A DNA stretch of 56,831 nucleotides from an uncultured Bacilli bacterium (GCA_944359015.1 CALVSK010000002.1:1-56831), one strand, 5' to 3'. Positions 14,067 to 24,195 are shown, counted from the first letter of the stretch. The notes: generated by a model from the sequence alone, not told the origin. A program made the numbers and translations.

Positions 14067-15404
14067 ATTGTTCGCGCTGAAGTCGTACAAGCTGCCGTTG
14101 ATGTACAGACAGAAAACAATACTACTATCCGACGAATGCGGAGTAATTGTCCATTCATAATCGCCTAAATATAGCCAATTATTACCACTATATAAATCTG
14201 AATAAAAATAATCATATAACGGGATTGTCCAATCTGAAATTTCGGATGAAAATCCATAATCACTTACATACATTAATCCTATTTTCATACTGTCTGTTGT
14301 ACTACTTGAACTACTTCCTACTTCTGTATCATAATATTGTTTTGCTGTATTTGTGTCACTCCAAGCCATTCCTCCGACTTTCCAAGTATGTGTTGCTATT
14401 TTGTTTTGCCATGTTTCACTTAATGTATTGTAATATGTGGTATTTAATGTCGTTCTTATATCTGACGTACTCCATGTATTGCTTCCGCTACTTGCCCATG
14501 CATAATCTCCATAACTTGTTGACTTTATTAGTTTTACTTCACTCCCAAAAACTCCAATTATTCGGTATAAGTTATCACTTGGACAAGTTTCTGCATCACT
14601 GCCAAAGCATACATAATTATTTGGATTTGCTCCAGCATACCTATAACTATTATCTCCTGCACTGTTTGATAAATTTGCATCATGATAATATAAACCATTT
14701 GAACCATCTGTATATGTACTTATTATATAATCTGCAAAAGTTTCTTTATGTTCTTCTTTTTGAATTTGAATTTCTGTAATCAATCTTTTACCAAAATTTA
14801 AAGATTGGTCAAAACTAAGATTTAAGTATGTCAATTTAAAATTCCAAGTTTGAGTTGTTGCGGTTTTGCTAGAATTTGAAGTTATTGTATAGGAATTTGC
14901 AACAGTAAATAAACCTGTTTTAGTTGTAATGTCAAATCCTGATACACCATTAAATGTTCCATAAGTTAAACCATCAATATTTGTAACTTCGCTACCATTA
15001 GGGTCTGTTATTGTAAGAATAATTTCAGGTGTTGAACCATCTGAATAAACAAATGTGTTTGTTGGAATATTAAAATATACAAAATATGTATGTTCCGCTG
15101 TATTATTTGTTGTATTCGCTAAAAGTGAGGCACTTGCTGTTGTAGTAGATACTAAATTTGCACCATTTTCTGGCAATGTTGTTGGTGTTGCATCTATTTT
15201 TAACGGGTCCCCTACTGCAAATTCTAATTTATCAACATCATCACTATTTAATGTAACGTTTTCTCTCGCTTCATTAATGTTAGCTGCTAAAAATGCATAT
15301 GTAATTCGAACTACTAATACTAAAAATACACCTATAATTAATACACCTAAAAAATATAATATATCTTTTTTCTTTATTTTGTTTAGCAATTTCACTTGAC
15401 TCAC
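13974..15404 (-). CDS. Membrane-anchored surface protein, paralog P2, with a C-terminal hypervariable (DGR-VR-like) patch
   Basis: 476-aa ORF with a basic N-terminus and a TM segment (ILYFLGVLIIGVFLVLVV). The N-terminal half is unique. The C-terminal ~250 aa is homologous to P1 and P3. The start may be a GTG or TTG a few codons in. Confidence 0.85.
   Translation of the reverse strand: MSQVKLLNKIKKKDILYFLGVLIIGVFLVLVVRITYAFLAANINEARENVTLNSDDVDKLEFAVGDPLKIDATPTTLPENGANLVSTTTASASLLANTTNNTAEHTYFVYFNIPTNTFVYSDGSTPEIILTITDPNGSEVTNIDGLTYGTFNGVSGFDITTKTGLFTVANSYTITSNSSKTATTQTWNFKLTYLNLSFDQSLNFGKRLITEIQIQKEEHKETFADYIISTYTDGSNGLYYHDANLSNSAGDNSYRYAGANPNNYVCFGSDAETCPSDNLYRIIGVFGSEVKLIKSTSYGDYAWASSGSNTWSTSDIRTTLNTTYYNTLSETWQNKIATHTWKVGGMAWSDTNTAKQYYDTEVGSSSSSTTDSMKIGLMYVSDYGFSSEISDWTIPLYDYFYSDLYSGNNWLYLGDYEWTITPHSSDSSIVFCLYINGSLYDFSANNGYSARPVFYLNSNVTYVSGDGTESNPYKIS
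14067..14147 (-). other. Candidate variable region (VR) of P2
   Basis: The coding strand reads att act ccg cat tcg tcg gat agt agt att gtt ttc tgt ctg tac atc aac ggc agc ttg tac gac ttc agc gcg aac aat. The run of C/G-ending codons is atypical for this genome, and differences from P3 concentrate here. Confidence 0.6.
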
Positions 15405-15466
15405 CCTACTATTCTTATATAGTATAACATAAAAAAAGAAAAAGACATAGTGTTTTTTCTTAAAAT

Positions 15467-16114
15467 TTATTTTACTTCTGTTTTTTTTATTATATATACT
15501 TTTTTGTTTTTATAAAAAGCATAAAATATATCTTTTGGTTTCAAGTTTTTTTGTTCTAATTCTTCATATAACCATTCTTCATCTTTTCGGATAAATTTTA
15601 ATGCTTCTTTTTGAATCGAACCATCTAAAATAAGGGCCATCGGATAACTACTTTTTAATTTAAAAATATTATATTTAAATACTGATAACTCTCCATTAGG
15701 CTCTAAAAATGCATATTCTACCATCTCTAAATCTTTTATCCCTTGTTGTCTTAAACTAACTAATAAATCATCTAATGAATATCTTTGTTTTACCATTTCT
15801 CGATAATTGATTTTTCCATTACATATTATAAGTGATGGTTTGCCATCAAAAATAACTCTAAATTTACGTGATTTAATAGCTACATATGCAAATGCCACTT
15901 CTAAAACTACTAATAATGCTATTGGTACTATTGTTAGATAAATTGGATTTTCTGTTTCTTCAATTGATATTGCCACTAATTCAGCAATTAATATTGATAC
16001 TATTAAATCTATTACTCCAAGTTGCCCTATTTCTCTTTTTCCCATTATTCTATAAGCTAATAAAACAAAAAAATAGAAAAATAATGTTCTAAATAAAACG
16101 GTAAATAGTTCCAT
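15467..16114 (-). CDS. DUF421 (YetF-like) membrane protein
   Basis: 215 aa with N-terminal TM helices and an MGKREIGQLGVIDLIVSILIAELVA motif. Confidence 0.75.
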   Translation of the reverse strand: MELFTVLFRTLFFYFFVLLAYRIMGKREIGQLGVIDLIVSILIAELVAISIEETENPIYLTIVPIALLVVLEVAFAYVAIKSRKFRVIFDGKPSLIICNGKINYREMVKQRYSLDDLLVSLRQQGIKDLEMVEYAFLEPNGELSVFKYNIFKLKSSYPMALILDGSIQKEALKFIRKDEEWLYEELEQKNLKPKDIFYAFYKNKKVYIIKKTEVK

Positions 16115-16185
16115 TGCATCACCATTTATATTATGAGTTAATTCATATTATTTTAATCATCACATAATATTTATTAGGTGATTTA

Positions 16186-16545
16186 ATGAAATATTTATTT
16201 AAAACATTGGGATTTTATTCTATTTTTATAATATTAGTTGTATTTATTTGTAGTTTACTAAATTTAATTGGGGTAAATTCTACTATTACAAATTTTTTGT
16301 TATTTTTATTTAATGTTGGCGCTTTCTTCTTTTTTGGTTTTAAAAATGGAAAAAGAGTTAATAGTAAAGGCTACATAGCTGGTATTAAAATGTCTTTATT
16401 ATTTTTATTGGTTTTAATCATTATTAATTTGTTTACTAGCAATAACTTCTTTAGTATCATAACTTTAGTTTATTATTTAATTCTTGTATTTACTGGTATT
16501 GCTGGTTCTATGCTAGGTATTAATAAAAAGAAAGATACTAATTAA
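16186..16545 (+). CDS. Small multi-pass membrane protein
   Basis: 119 aa with about four hydrophobic segments. A GGTG ribosome-binding site lies upstream. Confidence 0.65.
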   Translation: MKYLFKTLGFYSIFIILVVFICSLLNLIGVNSTITNFLLFLFNVGAFFFFGFKNGKRVNSKGYIAGIKMSLLFLLVLIIINLFTSNNFFSIITLVYYLILVFTGIAGSMLGINKKKDTN

Positions 16546-16843
16546 TTTCAATAAATACATATTCTTTATTCTTTAATGTAATATATGATTCTTCATTATA
16601 ATATTCTTTTGTTATAGGGTTAACTTGTTTTTCTAAATATCCTAAATCATAAAGTGTTTTTAAAGTAATTTTTTCTGTTAAACACTTTTTTTCATTAATA
16701 CAAGTTTTGGCTTTTTCAATTATTTCTTTTTCTTTTACTGTTATTAATTTATCATTGTGTTCATTTACTACCTTATATGTTGTAAAACCACCGATTAAAC
16801 TAAATATTATTATAATTGTTATAGTGATTATTAATTTATTCAT
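16538..16843 (-). CDS. Small N-terminally anchored protein (two-Cys domain, loosely pilin-like)
   Basis: 101 aa with TM segment IITITIIIIFSLIGGF. The C..KKC...ITLKTLYDLGYL..QVNPIT pattern resembles the C-terminal part of the prepilin at 35511-35918. It overlaps the upstream gene's stop. Confidence 0.6.
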   Translation of the reverse strand: MNKLIITITIIIIFSLIGGFTTYKVVNEHNDKLITVKEKEIIEKAKTCINEKKCLTEKITLKTLYDLGYLEKQVNPITKEYYNEESYITLKNKEYVFIEIN

Positions 16844-17492
16844 TTACTCCAACCCCTTTATTAATTTGTTTTCTAACAAGTGATAATTCATCTATAATTT
16901 TCTTTCTTATCTCTTGTACTTTAATATCATATTCTATTTCTAATTTAGCTAATTTTTCTTTTCTTTTAACACTTACCAATCCCATATGCATTTCTAAATA
17001 ACTCTTTAATAAAAATAAATATTCATCTTCTGTCAATAAAATTATTTCACCATCTTTTATTCCTTTTTCTTTCTTAACACATTCTTCTACATAAGCAAGA
17101 AAATCTAAAAGATATGAAAAACATGAAAAATTTGCTTTAATTTTTGTTTTATCTAGAGTTAATGGTATAGTTGAACTACTTTTAAAAACTTTATTTTCTT
17201 CTTTATCTTCACTCTTGCTTTCTTCAACTGTATCTAATATAACTAATTCATTTCTTCTTAGCATTTTATCATGTATTCTATTTATTTCTTGCTCATCAAA
17301 ACATATACTTACTATTCTATAAAAAGGAGATTCTTCACGGTATAAACCCCTAGTGTAATATTTTACAAAAGTATTTGAATTATGAAGTTTCTTTTTCATA
17401 ATACTTGTACGATATACAAATTCTTCTCCTTCAATAAAACTAACTAATTTTGCTAAAGTATTTCCCATTTTATTACTATCAAATTTTAACAT
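16836..17492 (-). CDS. Hypothetical protein
   Basis: 218-aa ORF directly downstream of tgt with a 2-nt gap. No motif was recognised. Confidence 0.65.
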   Translation of the reverse strand: MLKFDSNKMGNTLAKLVSFIEGEEFVYRTSIMKKKLHNSNTFVKYYTRGLYREESPFYRIVSICFDEQEINRIHDKMLRRNELVILDTVEESKSEDKEENKVFKSSSTIPLTLDKTKIKANFSCFSYLLDFLAYVEECVKKEKGIKDGEIILLTEDEYLFLLKSYLEMHMGLVSVKRKEKLAKLEIEYDIKVQEIRKKIIDELSLVRKQINKGVGVNE

Positions 17493-17494
17493 TT

Positions 17495-18637
<1,143 letters not shown>

Positions 18638-18678
18638 TTAATAGACAAAAACAATTTTATATGTTATTAATTTATTAG

Positions 18679-19059
18679 GTGATTAATATGCAAGAAAAAA
18701 CTTTCTTATTCGTTATTTTTTATTCTTTTGCTACTATTATTTTTATTAAATACTTTAAAATTAAAGAAAAAGCAAGAAAAATGTCTGTTGCATATTGTAC
18801 TTGTACAAATTTAACTACAAAAACTACTTTAAATGGTAATTTGTATTTATATTATTACATTTTTATAAAAAATAAAAAAGAAATTTTAGTAATCGATAAA
18901 ATTAAAAGATTTAATATGTTTTTTAAACCTACTATTGGTAAAAAATATAAAATTTATGTAGATGAAAAAAACATAATTAGCCCTTATCAAATTTATTTGA
19001 CTAAAATTATGTTTGTTTCAATTATTATATCATTAATATTACCTTTATTATTTTATTAA
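18679..19059 (+). CDS. Small membrane protein (TM, beta-rich domain, TM; DUF3592-like topology)
   Basis: 126 aa with hydrophobic segments at both ends. Confidence 0.55.
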   Translation: MINMQEKTFLFVIFYSFATIIFIKYFKIKEKARKMSVAYCTCTNLTTKTTLNGNLYLYYYIFIKNKKEILVIDKIKRFNMFFKPTIGKKYKIYVDEKNIISPYQIYLTKIMFVSIIISLILPLLFY

Positions 19060-19062
19060 ATA

Positions 19063-21324
19063 TTATTTAAAATATGTTTTGTGTATTTCACTAAAGTTTT
19101 CAATTGGGATAATTTCTATTTTTTCTAAAATAATTTTAGGTACTTCTTCTAAATCTTTTATATTCATCTTAGGAATATAAACTTTTTTTATTTCTTTATT
19201 ATATGCTCCAATTAATTTTTCTTTTAAACCACCTATTTTTAAAATACTACCATTTAGGGATATTTCACCAGTAAATGCTATATCATCTGGTATAACCTTT
19301 TTTTCTAATAATGAAACTAAAGCTACTGCTATACTTAAGCCTGCTGATGGCCCATCTTTTTTTGTTGAGGCATCTAAAAAATGAAAGTGTAAATCAATAT
19401 TATTTAAATTGTATTTATAATTATTTTTAATATATGAAATTATTACTTCAATACTTTCTTTCATTATTATGCCAACATTTCCTGTAACTTTTATTTTACC
19501 ATTTCCTTTGTAATCAATTACTTCTGTTTTAGTTACTTGCCCTCCATGATTAGTATATGCTAAAGAATTTACAACTCCAGGTAATACTTCTAACAATAGT
19601 TCATTTTCGTATTTGGGATTGCCTAATAATTTTATAATTTTTTCTTCATTAATTGTCTTTATATTATTTATTGCAATTTTTCTAATTAATGATGTCAATA
19701 CTCTTTCTAATTCCCTAACTCCTGCTTCATTAGTGTAATTATTTATTATAAAATATAATAAATCATCAGACAATTTAAAATTATTATCAATTATTATATG
19801 TTCTGATAATATTTTAGGCAATAAATATTTTTTAGCAATATCTTTTTTTTCAAATAATGTATAACTATGTAATTCTATTAATTCTACCCTATCTAATAAT
19901 GCAATTGGTATATCTTCAATTGTATTAGCTGTTAATATAAATAACACTTTACTTAAATCAAATGGTTCTTCTATATAATTATCAACAAAATATTTATTTT
20001 GAACAGGGTCTAATATTTCTAGTAAAGTACTTGCTGGATCTCCTTTATAATCTTTTACCATCTTGTCTACTTCATCTACTAATATTACTGGGTTGTTTAC
20101 ACCACTTTTATATAAGCCTTGAATTATTTTTCCGGGCGATGCTGCTATATAGGTACGTCGATTACCAATTAATTCAGTTGAATCATTTAACCCACCAACA
20201 CTTATTTTATAAAATTTCCTATTTAAAGCACTTGCTATAGACATTGCTATACTAGTTTTTCCAACTCCTGGTGGACCTACAAGACATATTACAGGACTTT
20301 TTATATTTTTATTGATATTCTTTATTGCTACAAATTCACTAATTCTCGTTTTTATTTCAACTAAACCATAATGACTTTTGTCTAATTCTTTTGCTACTTC
20401 GTTAAAATTATTGTTTTCTTTTGTACTTTTATTCCATGGAAGATTCAACATATATTCTATATAATTTCTTAATATGCTAAGTTCAGGAGATGATTCATTC
20501 ATTAATTCATATTTTTCTATTTCGTGTCTTATTTTTTCTTTTATTTTTTGATTAATTTTTAAATTTTCTAATAATTGCCTAAATTTTTTACTTTCTTCTT
20601 CCTGTAATGATTCTTCTCCTAATTCTTTTTTTATCGTTTTTAATTTTTCTTTTAATAAGAATTTCTTTTGTTCTTCATTAAAACTAGCATTTACCTTTTC
20701 GTCTAATTCTTCATCAAGCTCTAAAAATTTTATTTCCTCATTTAAATCTTTTATTAATGCTTTTGCCCTTTTTATCGGATTAATAGTTTGCATATAATTT
20801 AACTTTTTCATAGTATCAAATGGTAAAAATGATACTATAGCATCTGTTATTTTATTTATATCTTTTTTTTCATTCATATAACTTAATATATCATTTGATG
20901 CATAATTGGCTAATGCTATATATTTTTTTAGTACTTCAATTAATTTTCTTAGTACGGCATTTTCTTCTTCTTCAATTAATGATGGTAAATCTATAGACAT
21001 AACTTCACTATATAATATGTCATTTTCATCACTATAAAATTTATTTACTGCCACTCTTTGAATACCACATAATTTTACTTGTATTCCACTTTTTACACCA
21101 ATTTTACTTTTTATTTTAGCTAAAACTCCTACTTTTGGTAAATCATCAACTGATGGATTTTCTTCCTTTTCATCCGTTGGTGCTATTATTAGTAATTGGT
21201 CTTTATAGTTTAGTGTTGCTTCTTTTATTGTTTTGGCACTTAAAGTATTACTTAATTCAAGTTTAATTTCTTGATTTGGAAGAATAACTGTTTGTTTTAA
21301 AATTATTACTGGTATATTAAACAT
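19063..21324 (-). CDS. lon: ATP-dependent Lon protease (LonA)
   Basis: 753 aa with an N-terminal LON domain, Walker A GPPGVGKTS and the catalytic-Ser motif KDGPSAG. Confidence 0.93.
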   Translation of the reverse strand: MFNIPVIILKQTVILPNQEIKLELSNTLSAKTIKEATLNYKDQLLIIAPTDEKEENPSVDDLPKVGVLAKIKSKIGVKSGIQVKLCGIQRVAVNKFYSDENDILYSEVMSIDLPSLIEEEENAVLRKLIEVLKKYIALANYASNDILSYMNEKKDINKITDAIVSFLPFDTMKKLNYMQTINPIKRAKALIKDLNEEIKFLELDEELDEKVNASFNEEQKKFLLKEKLKTIKKELGEESLQEEESKKFRQLLENLKINQKIKEKIRHEIEKYELMNESSPELSILRNYIEYMLNLPWNKSTKENNNFNEVAKELDKSHYGLVEIKTRISEFVAIKNINKNIKSPVICLVGPPGVGKTSIAMSIASALNRKFYKISVGGLNDSTELIGNRRTYIAASPGKIIQGLYKSGVNNPVILVDEVDKMVKDYKGDPASTLLEILDPVQNKYFVDNYIEEPFDLSKVLFILTANTIEDIPIALLDRVELIELHSYTLFEKKDIAKKYLLPKILSEHIIIDNNFKLSDDLLYFIINNYTNEAGVRELERVLTSLIRKIAINNIKTINEEKIIKLLGNPKYENELLLEVLPGVVNSLAYTNHGGQVTKTEVIDYKGNGKIKVTGNVGIIMKESIEVIISYIKNNYKYNLNNIDLHFHFLDASTKKDGPSAGLSIAVALVSLLEKKVIPDDIAFTGEISLNGSILKIGGLKEKLIGAYNKEIKKVYIPKMNIKDLEEVPKIILEKIEIIPIENFSEIHKTYFK

Positions 21325-21435
21325 AATTATCCCTCCTAAACTAAAAGTTATTATATATGTTTTGTTATATTTTGTAAAGTCAAATCACCAACAATTTTTA
21401 TTTACATAAACTACTACTATGTAAGGAGGATTTTT

Positions 21436-21833
21436 GTGATTGATTACTTTTTAAGTTTTCCATATTATGTTCAAGCTCTTATTGCCACTTTATTTACTTG
21501 GGCTATTACTGCACTAGGTGCTTCTGTCGTTTTTTTATTCAAAAAAGTAAATAAAAGTATTTTAGATGCTATGCTAGGATTTTCAGCTGGAGTTATGATT
21601 GCTGCAACATTTTGGTCTTTATTATCTCCTGCTATAGAAATGGCTGAGGGTTTAAAAATGAATGCTTGGGTAACTGTTAGTATTGGTTTTTTACTAGGAG
21701 GTCTATTACTTTTTATTGGAGATAAAATTTTTGATAAAATTATGAATAAAAAAGAAAAGGATTTAAAAAAAAGTAGTAGTTTTAAAAGATGTTTGATGCT
21801 GATTTCATCCGTTACCCTTCATAACATACCAGA
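21436..21833 (+). pseudogene. 5' fragment of a ZIP-family metal transporter gene (zupT/gufA-like) interrupted by an integrative element
   Basis: GTG start with an AAGGAGG ribosome-binding site. The TM-rich sequence ends ...SSVTLHNIP, after which the frame runs into element DNA (DGIFY stop). The conserved HNIPEG motif is cut after IP. Confidence 0.85.
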
Positions 21834-21839
21834 TGGTAT
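21826..21839 (+). repeat. attL core
   Basis: ATACCAGATGGTAT is an imperfect palindrome (ATACC / GGTAT arms) with central GA at 21832-21833. Confidence 0.75.
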
Positions 21840-21854
21840 ATTTTATTAGAAATG

Positions 21855-21883
21855 TAGACATGCAAAAGACATTATGGTATAAT
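21855..21883 (+). promoter_or_regulatory. Promoter of the element cargo operon
   Basis: TAGACA (21855-21860), a 17-nt spacer, then TATAAT (21878-21883) with an extended -10 element (TGgTATAAT). Confidence 0.55.
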
Positions 21884-21911
21884 TTTAGTAATTATGAAAG
21901 GAATTTGATGT

Positions 21912-23822
21912 ATGACAGAAGAAAATTTAGAAAAATTTGAAAAAAATGGTTTTAAAATCATAGATGCTAAAAAACTAGCCAAAGAATTGTATGGAAAAGA
22001 TTTAGATGAATTTATGGACAGATTACATGCTTTAAAAGAAAGTACGCGAGAAACTAAAATGTTGGATTTTTTTGCTGAATTTCAAAAAAAGATGGGAAAA
22101 ATTGAAGAAATAGTAAATGCTGATGAAATGGTTAGAGCTGGGAATCCAGAAAAACAGGAAACATTTAAGACTAATTTTAAAAAAGTTCAAAATCTTTTTT
22201 TGACTTTACAAAGATACATATCTGCTGAAGCAAATCTTGAAACACAGCACAAAAATATTATTGATGTATCTAAAAGAATACACGAAATAAATAAAGAAAC
22301 TAACTTAACAGAAAGAGAAAAAAACAAGGCAATTTTTGAACTTGTTGCTGGTCAAAAACCTTGTAGAGATGCTTATAATGATGCTTTAACAGTTTTAAAT
22401 GAGCAAAAAAGAGAACTTAAGGGTTTTAGCATTCTAGATATTAGAAATGATTTATTGAAAGAAATTAATAATCTTGATATATCAAGTAAAGAATTGGCAT
22501 TAAATGAAACTAGTAAAAAATCACTCGAAAGTATTATTGGCGAACTTAGAAATGATGCTGCTCTTTATGATTTAGAAACAGTTAAAGCAAGAGATGATTT
22601 TAATATTTTGTGTGAACAATGTGGTTTAGAGTATGATGCTTCTAAGGATTTAAGTCATGAATTGGAAGAACCTGATTTAGATGAACCTGCTAAAGAAAAA
22701 ACTGATTCTGAAGAAAAACAACCACAAGAACTCTTCACTGATGGGCCTGCAAACGATGGACCTTCTAATGATGGGCCTTCAAACGATGTCCCTTCAAATG
22801 ATGTCCCTTCAAATGATGGGCCTGCAAACGATGGACCTTCAAATGACAGACCTTCAAACGATGGACCTTCAAATGATGGACCTTCAAATGATGGACCTTC
22901 TAATGATGGGCCTTCAAACGATGGACCTACTTATGAAAATACTGAACCTGTAGGTAACAAAATAAAAGTAGTTGCAAAAAAATCTTGGGAATGGATAAAA
23001 ACACATAAAAAACAAATATTAATCGCTGCTGGTATTACAGCCTTAGTTGTTGCTTCTATAATTGCGTTTCAAGCTTTGATTCCTGCAATAACTTCTATGA
23101 TGGAATCTTCTTATATTTCAACTTTGAGTACAAGTATGGTTAATAATGGAATATTATGGCATAGTTCCGTGGCGGCTGAGCAAGCTGCTTTACATGCTGC
23201 CAATCAAGCTGGGGCTTCAATTATTAATGCTATAACTGGTGCTTCTACATCTTTTGATGCTGTTACTGGTGTTTGGACCATTGGAGGTCAATCTTTAGCT
23301 TCTTTTGCAAGTGCTGCTGCTGAGACTGCCGCTGTTGCTAGTGCGAAAGTTGCTTCCTTAACCGCTCTTACCCAAGGTACAGTTATTGGTGGCCTTGGAT
23401 TAACTGGTTTAGGTTTAATACTACCGAATGAAAAGAAATCAGCAGAATATAAAGAAATTGATAAAGTAATTAAAAATATTTCAAGAAATATCGATAATTT
23501 TCAAGAAGAAGATGTGATAAATCAATGTAATATGATAATTAATTACATACATACTTCTGTCCATTTAAGTGATAAAGAAAAGCAAGTTTTATTGAAAAAA
23601 GTTGAAAGAATTCTAAAAAAATTACAAAAGAAAGCCAAAAAAGGTAAAACTTTAAATAATCCTGTAGATTCTGAAGAAAATACTTTAGATGTACCAAATG
23701 ATGAAGAAAATATTGAAGAAGAAATTTTGGAAGAACCTGTTATTGATAATGATTTAGGAAATAATAATGATTTAGATGATCCTTTTGCTGATGAAGAAAT
23801 AACAGAAAGTTTTGGGAGGTAA
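21912..23822 (+). CDS. Element cargo: repeat-containing membrane protein of unknown function
   Basis: 636 aa. In order it has an N-terminal coiled-coil-like region, 13 NDGPS-type pentapeptide repeats, a TM helix (ILIAAGITALVVASIIAFQALIPAI), an Ala/Ser/Gly-rich segment, a second hydrophobic stretch and an acidic C-terminus. Confidence 0.8.
   Translation: MTEENLEKFEKNGFKIIDAKKLAKELYGKDLDEFMDRLHALKESTRETKMLDFFAEFQKKMGKIEEIVNADEMVRAGNPEKQETFKTNFKKVQNLFLTLQRYISAEANLETQHKNIIDVSKRIHEINKETNLTEREKNKAIFELVAGQKPCRDAYNDALTVLNEQKRELKGFSILDIRNDLLKEINNLDISSKELALNETSKKSLESIIGELRNDAALYDLETVKARDDFNILCEQCGLEYDASKDLSHELEEPDLDEPAKEKTDSEEKQPQELFTDGPANDGPSNDGPSNDVPSNDVPSNDGPANDGPSNDRPSNDGPSNDGPSNDGPSNDGPSNDGPTYENTEPVGNKIKVVAKKSWEWIKTHKKQILIAAGITALVVASIIAFQALIPAITSMMESSYISTLSTSMVNNGILWHSSVAAEQAALHAANQAGASIINAITGASTSFDAVTGVWTIGGQSLASFASAAAETAAVASAKVASLTALTQGTVIGGLGLTGLGLILPNEKKSAEYKEIDKVIKNISRNIDNFQEEDVINQCNMIINYIHTSVHLSDKEKQVLLKKVERILKKLQKKAKKGKTLNNPVDSEENTLDVPNDEENIEEEILEEPVIDNDLGNNNDLDDPFADEEITESFGR
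22740..22934 (+). repeat. 13 tandem in-frame 15-bp repeats (GATGGNCCTTCAAAY consensus)
   Basis: Read directly: gatgggcctgcaaac gatggaccttctaat gatgggccttcaaac gatgtcccttcaaat ... gatggacctacttat. Confidence 0.9.
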
Positions 23823-23830
23823 TATAAAAT

Positions 23831-24085
23831 ATGAACGTTGATGAAGTGATACAATTAGAAGATAATAATAACTATGGCTTATTATTAAAAGCTGATATAG
23901 ATGACTGCAACTATTTTTTAGCAGTTAAGCTTAATGAAAAAGAAGAGCCAACTAATGAATATAAAGTTTTAAAAGAAATTAATGAAAATACTGATACTTA
24001 TGTTCAAGAAATAAATGACCCATTAATTTTATCACAACTTTTAGAAGAATATTCTATGCAATATGATGAAACTTATAATGATTAA
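23831..24085 (+). CDS. Element cargo: small acidic protein, DUF1292-like
   Basis: The 84-aa pattern L.DNNNYGLLLK....DCNYFLAV...E.E...EYKVL resembles the chromosomal DUF1292 protein at 7061-7333. It starts 9 nt after the upstream stop. Confidence 0.6.
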   Translation: MNVDEVIQLEDNNNYGLLLKADIDDCNYFLAVKLNEKEEPTNEYKVLKEINENTDTYVQEINDPLILSQLLEEYSMQYDETYND

Positions 24086-24089
24086 CTAG

Positions 24090-24111
24090 AGATGCTTATG
24101 CATCTTTTTTT
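24090..24111 (+). terminator. Rho-independent terminator after the cargo operon
   Basis: AGATGC-TTAT-GCATCT followed by T7. Confidence 0.7.
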
Positions 24112-24195
24112 ATATTTTATAAAATATTTTCATATAATTTAATATGAAAAAATTTAAGTTTATATATATTTATTTGCAAAAAAAGGATAATTCTT

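Noticed and set aside
14147-15399. Plus-strand ORFs 14147-14779 and 15055-15399, and similarly 36796-37137, 37243-37428, 857-1039 and 1128-1316
   Set aside because: These are antisense shadow ORFs inside the P-family genes. They are low-complexity and Leu/Tyr/His-rich, lack ribosome-binding sites, and the opposite-strand genes have clear paralog support.
21325-21435. A Zur box or metal-responsive operator upstream of the ZIP transporter gene
   Set aside because: No convincing palindrome resembling TAAATCGTAAT-N-ATTACGATTTA was seen.
22740-22934. A regularly spaced 15-bp repeat array that could superficially look like a CRISPR array
   Set aside because: The units are contiguous with no spacers, lie in frame inside a long ORF and encode a pentapeptide repeat. 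No cas genes are present.
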